Shown: piece after piece, positions 55,320 through 64,000 of the stretch
How positions within the stretch are numbered: the first letter of the stretch is position 1
Layout: each line of letters starts with the position of its first letter
NCBI GenBank assembly: GCA_028864975.1
Contig: JAGWLG010000002.1
Location: forward strand, 64,001 to 128,000
Length of the DNA: 64,000 nt
Source: Thermoplasmata archaeon
GTDB lineage: Archaea; Thermoplasmatota; Thermoplasmata; Lutacidiplasmatales; UBA184
Direction of reading: 5' to 3'
Position numbers and translations under genes: made by a program
Notes under the pieces: generated by a model
Database searches by the model: none
What the model saw: the letters and a program-made list of their open reading frames with translations, nothing else
Told to the model about the DNA's origin: nothing

Positions 55320-56624
55320 CTATTTAGACGTTGCGCTCGAGCTGTCGATTTCTACGTCTGGGGGTTTCGTCTTCCCTTCGTCTGACGATTCTCCCTCTTC
55401 TAGCCTTCCCTCCACCGTCAGCGCGGTGGCGCTCTTCGAAGGCGTTCCATCTCCCTCGCCCTCGAGGGGTAGAGGGCTCTCCACCTTTTCGGGAGGTCCG
55501 GTTCCAGTCGCAGGCACGGGGGGCGTTTCCGGCGAGAGCGGGGGTCCTCCCTCCGGGGAGGGGGGAGGAGGGCGTGGCATCCGGGTCACGACCCAAAGGG
55601 TGGTCCCAACGATCACGAGAATGAACCCGGTCCAGCCGGACGGGACCGTGGCCGCGCCGAGGGCCACCGTGCCCGCAGGGATGTCCCCGGAGGTGTAGTT
55701 GACCCAGACCGAGGCAGGGCCGCTCGAGGTGCCCGGGTACGTGATCCAGACGATGAAGACCCCTCCACCGTTCTGGAGCGAGAAGGGAAGGAAACCGGGG
55801 ACCTGGGCGCTTCCCGCCAGCACGCTCGCGCTCACGGGATTCCCGTTGTGGTCCAGATACGTGGCCGCGACCCCCGCCGTCGAGTTCGAGGCGGCGATCA
55901 GGAGGTAGAGCTCGTCCCCGGGGGCTCCGGTCGTCGTGAAGTTGTACGACCCCCCCGGGGCGAGCACCTCGGTGTGGTCGAGCTTGACCCCTGCTATGGG
56001 GGCGACGGCAGGGGAGCCGTTGTATGAGACGTAGAGCCCAAAGGCCAGCAGCAGCAGCACGATGCCCAGAAGGCTGGCGTTCCGGCTCCAACGGTGCACT
56101 CGACGCAGCCGACGCTTGCGCTTCTCGGCGGCGGGGTGGCCCACCATCAGGAAAAGGACGAGGGCGATCACCGCCCCTCCCAGCGTCGTAGGGGAGGTGA
56201 GTCCCACCGCTCCGCCTACGAAGTACGCGGTGAAACCGCCCGCCGCCGTCAGGAGCAGGAGCGGGGAGGTGCGCATGGTGCGCCGCTCGAGCCCCGCGAC
56301 GAAGAGGAGGAGGGGGGGGACCTCGAGGATGCCCGCGATCAAGGAGGTCGCGCCGGCGATGGGAAGCGCGGACCCGAGCCGCCAAAGTCGCGCCCCGGTG
56401 CCGAGGAAGAGCGCCAGGGAGAGGGCGAACGCGACGATGACCGCGATGCGACGCGGTTGGACCCACTCCTCCCCCTGCGGGCGCCGCTCGGCAGGGGGCG
56501 CTCTTGCCTCCGCCGCCGAAGACGCCGAGGCCTGGGCGGCGTCGAGCGGGGATGCCCGGTCCGCCTCGGAAGCGGCGGGCGGACCGCCGAGGCTTTCCCC
56601 CTCGGATGGGATCGCTTCGGTCAT
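55320..56624 (-). CDS. Polytopic membrane protein with an extracellular beta-domain and Pro/Glu-rich termini
   Basis: 5-6 hydrophobic segments, basic cytoplasmic loop KRKRRLRRVHR, Ser/Thr/Asn-rich outer domain. Confidence 0.7.
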   Translation of the reverse strand: MTEAIPSEGESLGGPPAASEADRASPLDAAQASASSAAEARAPPAERRPQGEEWVQPRRIAVIVAFALSLALFLGTGARLWRLGSALPIAGATSLIAGILEVPPLLLFVAGLERRTMRTSPLLLLTAAGGFTAYFVGGAVGLTSPTTLGGAVIALVLFLMVGHPAAEKRKRRLRRVHRWSRNASLLGIVLLLLAFGLYVSYNGSPAVAPIAGVKLDHTEVLAPGGSYNFTTTGAPGDELYLLIAASNSTAGVAATYLDHNGNPVSASVLAGSAQVPGFLPFSLQNGGGVFIVWITYPGTSSGPASVWVNYTSGDIPAGTVALGAATVPSGWTGFILVIVGTTLWVVTRMPRPPPPSPEGGPPLSPETPPVPATGTGPPEKVESPLPLEGEGDGTPSKSATALTVEGRLEEGESSDEGKTKPPDVEIDSSSATSK

Positions 56625-56778
56625 CGTGCCCTGCCCCTCGTGCAGCGCCGAAGGGGAGGCGGGCTTACGCCTTGCGTGTCGCTCTCACGGACCCATGGTC
56701 GGTCTTCCGGCGACGGTGACGGAGCCCGACGCTCGGCCTTTATGCTCGCGCCAGCGGTGGAGAGCCTGAGGCCGCGGC

Positions 56779-59700
56779 TTGGAAGAATACTTCCGTCACC
56801 TCGACGAGGAGGTCACCCGTGCCTACGAGGTGGCCACGCGGGCCCGCGCCCTCGGGATCGACCCCGAGCCGCGGGTGGAGATCCCCCGGGCGCAGGACCT
56901 CGCCTCTCGGGTCGAGAAGCTCCTCGCGAAATGGCCGGTCTCGGGGGTCGCGGTCCGCATCCGCGAGCTCTCCGCCCAGACCCCGAAGATCTCCCGGGAG
57001 GAGGTCGCGATCACCCTGGCGCAGGAGATGGCCGGGGACGCCTCGCGCGGAAGCGTCGCCGAACGTCTCGAGGTCTCCCTGCGCGTCGGGCTCGCCATCC
57101 TGACGGAAGGGATCGTCGTGGCCCCGCTCGAAGGGCTTGTCAAGGTCGAGGTCCACCCCGATCCCCAGGGAGACTACGTTGACCTCTACTACGCGGGCCC
57201 AATCCGCGCCGCTGGGGGGGGCGCTCAGGCGGTCTCGGTCCTCCTCGCGGACGTGGTCCGCGAGAAGCTCGGGCTCTCGCGTTGGCATGCGACGGAGCAG
57301 GAGATCTCCCGCTACTGCGAGGAGTTGCCGCTCTACAAGCACCTCCAACATCTGCAGTACTCCCCCTCGGTGGAGGAGATCCGGACCGTCGTCTCCCGGC
57401 TCCCGGTCTGTATCGACGGGGAAGCGACCGAAGGCGACCAGGAGGTCAGCGCCTTCCGCAACGTCCCCCGCGTGGGCACGAACGGCGTGCGGGGCGGGGC
57501 TTGCCTGGTGATCGCCGAGGGGCTCTGTCTCAAGGCCCCCAAAGTGAGAAAGATCGTGGACAACCTCCGAAAGAAGGGGCTCTCCCTCTCGGACTGGGAC
57601 TTCCTCGACAAGGTGGGCCTGAAGGGGGCGAAGGAGGACGACGAAGGGAAGGGTTCCTTGCCCAAGTACCTCGCCGAAGCGGTGGGCGGACGCCCGGTCC
57701 TGGCCTACCCGCACCGTCCCGGGGGGTTCCGGCTCGTCTACGGACGCTGCCGGACCACCGGCCTCGCCTCCTGTGGCGTGAACCCCGCCACGATGGTCCT
57801 GCTGAGACACTTCGTCGCGATCGGCACCCAGGTGAAGACGGAGCTGCCGGGAAAGGCCGCGGCGATCTCCCTCTGCGACACGGTCGAGGGGCCGCTCGTC
57901 CTGCTTCGCGACGGCACTTACCTCCAGGTGAACGACGCCGAGCGGGCGAAGGAGGTCCTCCCAGAGGTGGACAGGATCCTCGACCTGGGTGAGCTCCTGG
58001 TCTCCTTCGGGGAGTTCCTCGAGAACAATCGCCCCCTCGCACCGGGCGGCTACTCCCTCGCCTGGCACTTGGAGGTGCTACGGGCGAAGGGGGCGACCCT
58101 CGACCGCCGTGCCCTCGCGCCCACCTTCCCCGAAGCGCTCGAGGACGCGAAGCAGCTCCAAGTTCCCCTTCACCCTCGGTTCAATCTCTTCTGGCACGAC
58201 CTCTCAGCGGAAGCGCTTCGGGCGCTCTCCCGCCGGGTGGAGGACCAGAGCGCCTGGTCCGGGGGTACCCTCCACCTCCCGATGGACCCCTCGTTGAGGG
58301 AGGAGCTTCTGGTCTTGGGCCTCCCTCATCACGTCGAGGGGGGCTCGCTCGTCCTCGACCCCGAGCGGGCCCCCGCTTTCCTCCTGGGCCTCGGGCTGGA
58401 GGTCGTCCCCTCGAACGGCGAGCTGCACCGGCGAGCCCCCCTGGAAGGAGGGGCGGCCGACACCATGGCCGAGGTCGTCCGGCTCTCGGGGGTCGCGTGG
58501 AAGCCCCGAGCTCCCACCCGTATCGGTGCCCGCGTAGGAAGACCGGAGAAGGCCTACCAACGGGTCATGTCGCCGAACGTGCACGTTCTCTTCCCTGTGG
58601 GGGAAGCGGGAGGTGCCAAACGATCGGTCCTGGCGGCGGCGGACCGGGCTCGTGAGGCTGCGCGTCCGAGCTACCCTCGCAACCACCCTTCGCGCCCTTC
58701 GTCCGCCGCCTCCCCGCCCGCACCCCCGCCCTCCCTCTCTGTCGCGCTGGGGATCCGGCGTTGTGAGCAATGTGGTCAGGAGGTCATCTCCAACCGTTGC
58801 GCGTGCGGGGGACACACCCGGCCGACGGAGCGCTCGGTCGCCGAGCCCGTACCTTTCCATGAGCTCTGGGAGCGTTCCCTGCGCGCTCTAGGGTTCTCGA
58901 AGTTCCCGCGGGACGTCAAGGGGGTCAAGGGCCTCATGTCGGAGAGCAAGACCCCGGAACCGCTCGAGAAGGGGGTCCTCCGGGCCCTCCACAACATTTC
59001 CGTCTACCAGGATGGAACGACACGGTTCGACCTCACGGACCTTCCGCTGACGCACTTCCGTCCCTGCGAAGTGGGGCTCCCGTTGGCGAAGGCCCATGCG
59101 CTCGGCTACACCCACGACTGGACCGGTGCGCCCCTGGAGCGGGTGGACCAGCTCCTGGAGGTCCTTCCGCACGACATCATCGTCGCGAAGAGCTGCGGCG
59201 ACTATCTGCTCGCCCTTTCGCACTTCCTGGACGACGAGCTCCACCTCCTCTACGGGATGGACCCCTACTACCGGGGCCAGAACCGCTACGACCTCCTGGG
59301 GAGCCTCGTGATCGCCCTCGCACCGCACACGTCGGGCGGCGTGTTGGGCCGGCTCATCGGGTTCACCGACGTCGAGGGATGCTTCGCCCATCCGGTCTTC
59401 CACGCCGCGAAGCGAAGGAACTGCGACGGGGACGAGGACTCGGTCACGCTCTTGCTCGACGGTCTCCTCAACTTCTCCTTCGCCTACCTTCCCGTCAAGC
59501 GGGGGGCGCTCATGGACAAGCCCCTCGTGCTCACGACCCGGCTCGACTCCCGGGAAGTGGACAAGGAGGCGCAGAACGTCGACGTGGCCTGTTCCTACCC
59601 GCTCGCGCTCTACGAGGCCGCCGAGCAAGGCGCCTCCCCCAAGGCCGTCGAGTCGCTCATCGACACGCTGGGAAAGCGCCTGGAGAAGGGCCCGTTGCAG

Positions 59701-60273
59701 TTCTCCCGGATGGGGTTCACGCACGACACCGCGGACATCGGGGCAGGACCCCGCCAGTCCGCTTACCGCGAGGCCCGAGGGATGGAGCGCACCGTGGAGG
59801 AGACCCTCCTCTTGGGCGCCCAGCTACGGGCGGTGGACGTGTCGGACGCGGTGGGGCTCCTGCTCAACCACCACTTCCTCCCCGACATCATGGGCAACAT
59901 GAAGAGCTACGCCACGCAGAGGTTCCGCTGCAAGGTCTGCGGAAGCTCTCTTCGCCGCCCCGCCTTGGATGGGCGCTGCCCGGAGCTGAGAGGGAAAGCC
60001 CGGTGCGGTGGTGAGCTCCTTCCGACGGTCTACCCCAGCAACGTCACCAAGTACCTGGGACTCTCCCGCGACCTCGCCAAGCGCTACGGGGTCTCGCCCT
60101 ATCTCCGCCAGCGGGTCGAGATCCTCGAGTCCTCCTTCGCGAGCCTGTTCCCCACCTCTCCGGGGGCGGTGGGGCTGGAGGAATTCCACGCCCCCGACCG
60201 GCCGACCCCGCCCCCTCCCCCGGAAGAGGAGCCCCCGTCGGAGCCTCCTCCCCCCTCCGCGCCAGCGGCGTGA
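56779..60273 (+). CDS. polC: DNA polymerase II (PolD) large subunit DP2, intein-free
   Basis: G.DP...VEIP.A.DLA.RVE.L, AILTEG...AP.EG, YYAGPIRAAGG, GGFRL.YGR.R.TG, RIG.R.GRPEKA, HAAKRRNCDGDED catalytic motif, PDIMGN. Confidence 0.98.
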   Translation: MEEYFRHLDEEVTRAYEVATRARALGIDPEPRVEIPRAQDLASRVEKLLAKWPVSGVAVRIRELSAQTPKISREEVAITLAQEMAGDASRGSVAERLEVSLRVGLAILTEGIVVAPLEGLVKVEVHPDPQGDYVDLYYAGPIRAAGGGAQAVSVLLADVVREKLGLSRWHATEQEISRYCEELPLYKHLQHLQYSPSVEEIRTVVSRLPVCIDGEATEGDQEVSAFRNVPRVGTNGVRGGACLVIAEGLCLKAPKVRKIVDNLRKKGLSLSDWDFLDKVGLKGAKEDDEGKGSLPKYLAEAVGGRPVLAYPHRPGGFRLVYGRCRTTGLASCGVNPATMVLLRHFVAIGTQVKTELPGKAAAISLCDTVEGPLVLLRDGTYLQVNDAERAKEVLPEVDRILDLGELLVSFGEFLENNRPLAPGGYSLAWHLEVLRAKGATLDRRALAPTFPEALEDAKQLQVPLHPRFNLFWHDLSAEALRALSRRVEDQSAWSGGTLHLPMDPSLREELLVLGLPHHVEGGSLVLDPERAPAFLLGLGLEVVPSNGELHRRAPLEGGAADTMAEVVRLSGVAWKPRAPTRIGARVGRPEKAYQRVMSPNVHVLFPVGEAGGAKRSVLAAADRAREAARPSYPRNHPSRPSSAASPPAPPPSLSVALGIRRCEQCGQEVISNRCACGGHTRPTERSVAEPVPFHELWERSLRALGFSKFPRDVKGVKGLMSESKTPEPLEKGVLRALHNISVYQDGTTRFDLTDLPLTHFRPCEVGLPLAKAHALGYTHDWTGAPLERVDQLLEVLPHDIIVAKSCGDYLLALSHFLDDELHLLYGMDPYYRGQNRYDLLGSLVIALAPHTSGGVLGRLIGFTDVEGCFAHPVFHAAKRRNCDGDEDSVTLLLDGLLNFSFAYLPVKRGALMDKPLVLTTRLDSREVDKEAQNVDVACSYPLALYEAAEQGASPKAVESLIDTLGKRLEKGPLQFSRMGFTHDTADIGAGPRQSAYREARGMERTVEETLLLGAQLRAVDVSDAVGLLLNHHFLPDIMGNMKSYATQRFRCKVCGSSLRRPALDGRCPELRGKARCGGELLPTVYPSNVTKYLGLSRDLAKRYGVSPYLRQRVEILESSFASLFPTSPGAVGLEEFHAPDRPTPPPPPEEEPPSEPPPPSAPAA

Positions 60274-60294
60274 GGGCAGGGCGCCCACCCCAGC

Positions 60295-61263
60295 CTACTT
60301 CAGCAGCTGCCGGAGCAGTGTGGGGAGGCGTGCCGCGAAGTCGGGAGGGTAGTCGTGCCCGAGCCCGGGCACGAGGTCGAGGCGACAGTCGACTCCTCCG
60401 TCGACCAACTTGTCCTGCAAGGTCTCGGTCGCACCTCGAGAGGGATCGGCCGTCCCCGTGACCAGCACCCCCTTGAGGTCGGGGGACAGGGGCCGCGCGG
60501 CCAGGTCGACGAGAGTTTCCCCCCCCTCGAGCGCAACAGCCCTCGTCGGGGCGACCGCGAGGAATCCGATGGCCGGAAGGGTTTGTTGCAGGGTCGCGTG
60601 CACCGCGAGGGCTGCTCCCTGGGAGTAACCTGCCAGCACGAGCGGGACGTTCGGGGACTCTCTCGGAAGGTCGAGGGTGACCGAGCGCAGGTCATCCAAG
60701 GCCCGAGGTACATCATCCCACCGATAGCGTTGGGACGACCAGGGTTGCGAGGATTGGACGAGCGCGACTCGGAAGCCCTCTTCCGCGGCGCGTCCCCAGA
60801 TGGGCTCGGCAGCGCGAGCGTTCTGTCCCCGACCGTGAAGGACGATGAGCCAAGGGGGCGGACGGTCCGGCGGGCTCTTGGGGATCGAAGGCATGACGAG
60901 GAGGTGGGACGGTCGCCGGGTCTCCCCTTCGGCCCGCGCCTGGAGCTCTCCCGCCCTCTTCCGGACACGGTCGAACTCCGGGAGACCCTGGAGAGGTCCC
61001 AGGAAGTTCCCGTACATCTCGAACCACTGGGGCGGCCACCAAAGGCCTCGGTCCAGGGATTCCTCCAGTTCGCGGACCGCTCCCGCGTGGTCCCCACGTT
61101 GAACACGAGCGATCGCGACGGTCATGGCCGCATCGTCGCTCTGGTCGGGGAAGGCCGCGGCGATCTCACGGGCGGCCGCCTCCAGAGCGACGAAGTCTCC
61201 CCGAGCGAAAGCGAGGTTCTGCCGCTCCTCCAGGGCTCGGAAGTCGGTGTTCCCCTCGGTCAT
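60295..61263 (-). CDS. Alpha/beta hydrolase (phospholipase/carboxylesterase-like) with an N-terminal helical/TPR-like domain
   Basis: LIVLHGRG, LAGYSQG nucleophile elbow, GTADP, GLGHDY. Confidence 0.85.
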   Translation of the reverse strand: MTEGNTDFRALEERQNLAFARGDFVALEAAAREIAAAFPDQSDDAAMTVAIARVQRGDHAGAVRELEESLDRGLWWPPQWFEMYGNFLGPLQGLPEFDRVRKRAGELQARAEGETRRPSHLLVMPSIPKSPPDRPPPWLIVLHGRGQNARAAEPIWGRAAEEGFRVALVQSSQPWSSQRYRWDDVPRALDDLRSVTLDLPRESPNVPLVLAGYSQGAALAVHATLQQTLPAIGFLAVAPTRAVALEGGETLVDLAARPLSPDLKGVLVTGTADPSRGATETLQDKLVDGGVDCRLDLVPGLGHDYPPDFAARLPTLLRQLLK

Positions 61264-61419
61264 GATGCACGCTCGGCGGTCGGCTCCTGGGATGCGTCCC
61301 GGACCCCGCTTCGTCTTGAAAGGCGTTCCGACCGGTCCCTCGGCGCCATGACGTCGTGGTTGTGGGCCCTCGTCGCCGCGAACAGAATCCCTAAGTCCTC
61401 CGGGAAGGCTGCGCCTCGC

Positions 61420-61529
61420 GGGCTCGTGGGGTAGTCTGGACTATCCTGATGGCCTTCGGAGCCATCGACCCGGGTTCGAAGCTCATCGGCCGCTAAGGGC
61501 GACCATGAGAGAGAATCCCGGCGAGCCCG
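61420..61529 (+). tRNA. tRNA-Arg(UCG) with a T-loop intron; CCA not encoded
   Basis: Acceptor GGGCTCG/CGAGCCC; D arm; anticodon arm ATGGC-CTTCGGA-GCCAT; T arm CCGGG-TTCGAA[35 nt]T-CCCGG; CCTAAG about 27 nt upstream. Confidence 0.92.
61481..61515 (+). other. 35-nt archaeal tRNA intron at position 59/60 with a relaxed BHB (BHL-like) motif
   Basis: Removing GCTCATCGGCCGCTAAGGGCGACCATGAGAGAGAA restores TTCGAAT; outer helix CUCAU/AUGAG; central helix UUCG/AGAG (3 pairs + G.A); two 3-nt bulges. Confidence 0.88.
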
Positions 61530-61555
61530 CTCGCTCCCGCTCGGGCCCGCGGGCC

Positions 61556-63082
61556 CTAGCTCGCGCCCTTCCTCAGGGTCAGGACGGACTCTCTTAGGAG
61601 GAAGTCCCTACGTTGCCCCGAGCGACGGACGCGGGCGACCTCGAACTTCTCGACCTCGAACCCCGCACGTACCGCAAGCCGACCGAAGAGCAGGTCTCCA
61701 GGAACGTAGCTACCGGCCATCCAACTGTCCCCGTTGACGACCACGAACTTCCCGCCGGGGCGTAGCGCGCGGTGGACCGCCACGATCACCGGGACCAGGT
61801 CGTCGAAGTACTTCGCGACGATCTCCGCCATGTCGCGTCGGCGATAGACGGTCTTGGATGCGATGTTCTCCTCGATCTGCCCCAGGGCGTGGGAAAGCCA
61901 GCCATCCTCCTTCACCCAACGTCCCGCTTCATGCGCGCTGATCACGCTGGGGGAGACGTTGTCGCAGGCCACCATGTCCGATTTTAGCCGCGCGAGGTCC
62001 TCGTAGCTGCGGACCTGGCCGAGCCACGCCATCTCGAGCTTGTAGTTCATCACATAGTCCATCCCGTTGACGTAGGGCGGGCTGGTGATCGCCAGGTCGA
62101 CGCTCGCCTCAGGGAGGTCGAGCTGCTTCGAGTTCTCTTCGAGGACTTGGGCCGGCGGTCCAAACCGCCCCCTTTGCGGCTTGAGCCACGTGAGGTCGGT
62201 CGCGATGAGCTCCGCCATCCCAAGGAAGCGCTGGTAAGGGGTCTCGGCGCCCACCTCGGGCTTGCGCGCGTACCCCAGGCAGGGCGAGCGCTTGAGCCGG
62301 CTCGAAGCGACGAGCACCCCCGCGAACGCGAGCTCGAGCAGAGAGCGGACCTCGCCCGCCGGTAGCCTCTCGAGCTCCGCGCGCATCCGAAGGAGGGAAT
62401 CGAGAGCTCCCGGGGCGAACTGTCGAGAGGTCTCTCGAAGGAACGGAGGGGGAGCTGGGGTCCCCCGTCGCGCGCGGACAACGAGCTTACGAGCGGCAGA
62501 ACGGACCCTTGAGGGAGCCGCCGTCCAGAGGTGCTTGGCGCGAATGACCATGGCGGCCACTGGCATGAGCTCGGAGGCGATCGTCTGGGCTCCCCGGAGC
62601 CGCGCCTCCACGCTGACCGTGCCCGATCCTGCGAAGGGGTCAAGAACGACCTTCCCCGGGCCGATGTCGAAGGCTTCGCAAGTGCGACGGACGAACTCGG
62701 CACTGAATCCCTGAACGTAGGGCCACCACCGATGGACCGGAAGCTCCTCGTTCGGGTTGAACTGGATCTCCCCCTGGAACGGGTCTGGGCCAGGAAGCTC
62801 GAAGCCCTTCAGGAAGCGGTCGAGATACCAGGACGGCCCCCGAACGTCGCTCTCCTCCCCGGGCTGACCCTTGTACCGGGGAAGGATCCAGAGCCCCTTC
62901 CCGACGCGCAGTACGCGCTGCGCCTGCGAGAGCCGACGGAGGGTCGCCTCGACCTCGACGACCGGCCTCCCCGTGGTGGAGGCCAATTGCTTGGAGGTGA
63001 TCCCCAAGAGCCCCGCGTTCTCGATCGCGGAGAGCAGGGGCCTGTCGGCCGTTGACGCCACGAGCCCTTGCACGAACCCCAA
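61556..63082 (-). CDS. Orphan amino-(probably N4-cytosine) DNA methyltransferase with an N-terminal winged HTH
   Basis: Motif I VLDPFAGSGT precedes motif IV ITSPPY; ALRPGG; LRES; N-terminal GITSKQLA...LRRL...RVLRVGKGLW. Confidence 0.85.
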   Translation of the reverse strand: MGFVQGLVASTADRPLLSAIENAGLLGITSKQLASTTGRPVVEVEATLRRLSQAQRVLRVGKGLWILPRYKGQPGEESDVRGPSWYLDRFLKGFELPGPDPFQGEIQFNPNEELPVHRWWPYVQGFSAEFVRRTCEAFDIGPGKVVLDPFAGSGTVSVEARLRGAQTIASELMPVAAMVIRAKHLWTAAPSRVRSAARKLVVRARRGTPAPPPFLRETSRQFAPGALDSLLRMRAELERLPAGEVRSLLELAFAGVLVASSRLKRSPCLGYARKPEVGAETPYQRFLGMAELIATDLTWLKPQRGRFGPPAQVLEENSKQLDLPEASVDLAITSPPYVNGMDYVMNYKLEMAWLGQVRSYEDLARLKSDMVACDNVSPSVISAHEAGRWVKEDGWLSHALGQIEENIASKTVYRRRDMAEIVAKYFDDLVPVIVAVHRALRPGGKFVVVNGDSWMAGSYVPGDLLFGRLAVRAGFEVEKFEVARVRRSGQRRDFLLRESVLTLRKGAS

Positions 63083-63130
63083 GGTGGTCGAAGGCCGATA
63101 AAGTTCGTCCTTGGTCCGACGTGCGCGAGC

Positions 63131-63664
63131 TCAACGTGGCGGGGCAGGGGGTGGGGCGTTCCACCCGCCCCCGGGTCGACGCTCGTGCTGAGCGGGGGCC
63201 CCGCCCGGACCACCGGGCACCTTCCCCAGGGCCTCGAGCCGACGCTGGCGCATGCTCTCGGTCCACTGCGCAAGTCCCTGGGCTTCCCGAGTACTGCCGG
63301 TGAGAAGATAGAGGGTCGAGAGCCCCATGCCCGAGAGCTCGACCATCAGTTCCATTCGGTTGTCCTTCACCTTGACCTCCTGGATCTTCTCGAGGTCGGC
63401 CCCAAAGCGAGGTCGGAACTGCCGTTCCTTGCCGAAGAGGCCCTTCTCGACCTCGTCGAACCCATAGCCGATCATTCGCTGGTCGGTTACGATGAGGTTC
63501 GTGGGTCGCTCCACCATCTCGTAGCGGATCTCGTCCATCCTCACCCCACGTCCCCCCTGGATCCCGATGACCATCGAGAACAGGTTGGGTAGGAAGCCCA
63601 GGATCTGTTCCCCCGGACGCCACGGGATCAGGGGGAGGACCTCGGGAGGGACACCACCCGCCAT
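63131..63664 (-). CDS. Hypothetical protein, possible PH-like domain
   Basis: GEQIL...NLIVTDQRMI...KGLFG pattern; start ATG 63664. Confidence 0.6.
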   Translation of the reverse strand: MAGGVPPEVLPLIPWRPGEQILGFLPNLFSMVIGIQGGRGVRMDEIRYEMVERPTNLIVTDQRMIGYGFDEVEKGLFGKERQFRPRFGADLEKIQEVKVKDNRMELMVELSGMGLSTLYLLTGSTREAQGLAQWTESMRQRRLEALGKVPGGPGGAPAQHERRPGGGWNAPPPAPPR

Positions 63665-63752
63665 CGCGCCTCGAGGCGCATCAGCACTTGCTAGGCGATA
63701 AACGATGGCCCCCTCGCACGGAGCCAAGAGCCCCACGAAGGGGAGCGCAGGA

Positions 63753-63998
63753 TCACCCGAAGTAGACCTGGACCTGCTCGGGGACCTTCTTTTCCTCTTC
63801 GGGCTTCGCCGCGTGGAGGATGTCGATGGAGAGGACCATGGCGGCGGGGATCAGCCGGATCCGCCCCTTCGCTTCCTTGCCGTGGGTGTCGTCGAGCTCG
63901 ATGGAGAGCGCCTGGTCGCCGCTCCCGATGCCGACGTAGCCACGGAAGGTTCCCGTGGTCACGAGCGGGTCCTCCCCCTTGTCCCCGGACCGCACCTG
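63753..63998 (-). CDS. Small Sm/LSm-like-fold hypothetical protein, 5' end outside the window
   Basis: TGTFRGYVGIG...RIRLIPAAMVLSIDI; frame is open to the window edge. Confidence 0.55.
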   Translation of the reverse strand, partial: QVRSGDKGEDPLVTTGTFRGYVGIGSGDQALSIELDDTHGKEAKGRIRLIPAAMVLSIDILHAAKPEEEKKVPEQVQVYFG

Positions 63999-64000
63999 GA

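Noticed and set aside
61420-61480. Initial reading as a truncated tRNA / att-site scar
   Set aside because: The matching 3' half lies 35 nt downstream and a BHB-like fold forms, so an intron explains it better.
1-64000. CRISPR arrays, rRNA, IS elements, integrases, Sec/Pyl readthrough
   Set aside because: No regularly spaced repeats, rRNA motifs, transposase/integrase motifs or in-frame stop-split conserved genes were recognised by eye.

Overview
High-GC archaeal chromosomal segment. Marker genes (rpl7ae-rps28e-rpl24e-ndk, archaeal tyrS, radA, PolD DP2, Pop5, 7S SRP RNA) indicate an archaeon. The gene repertoire (DUF835 proteins, InlB-B-repeat/PKD surface protein, many Zn-ribbon and Pro-rich-tailed membrane proteins) points to Thermoplasmata; that placement is an inference. 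Housekeeping genes (map, tsaC, ndk, glyA, purC, purH, ftsZ, polC, mutY, trxA, hutH) are mixed with accessory modules. Most notable: (1) a ribbon-helix-helix DNA-binding domain fused to a proteasome alpha-subunit fold, preceded by nested ACGT-core inverted repeats and followed by an MFS transporter; (2) a tRNA-Arg(UCG) split by a 35-nt intron in the T-loop (59/60) with a relaxed BHB motif; (3) a receptor-like cluster of 2-TM proteins, DUF835, an HExxH peptidase and an HhH/coiled-coil/KaiC-like protein; (4) three AIM24 (TRAP-like fold) genes with an embedded 59-aa Zn-ribbon gene missing from the ORF track; (5) a LAGLIDADG intein in the RadA Walker A motif; (6) an unexplained structured intergenic region at about 47.0-47.3 kb. 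No CRISPR array, rRNA or IS was seen. All family assignments come from motif recognition by eye; no database search was run. Many start codons were re-picked from the ORF track using promoter and SD context.
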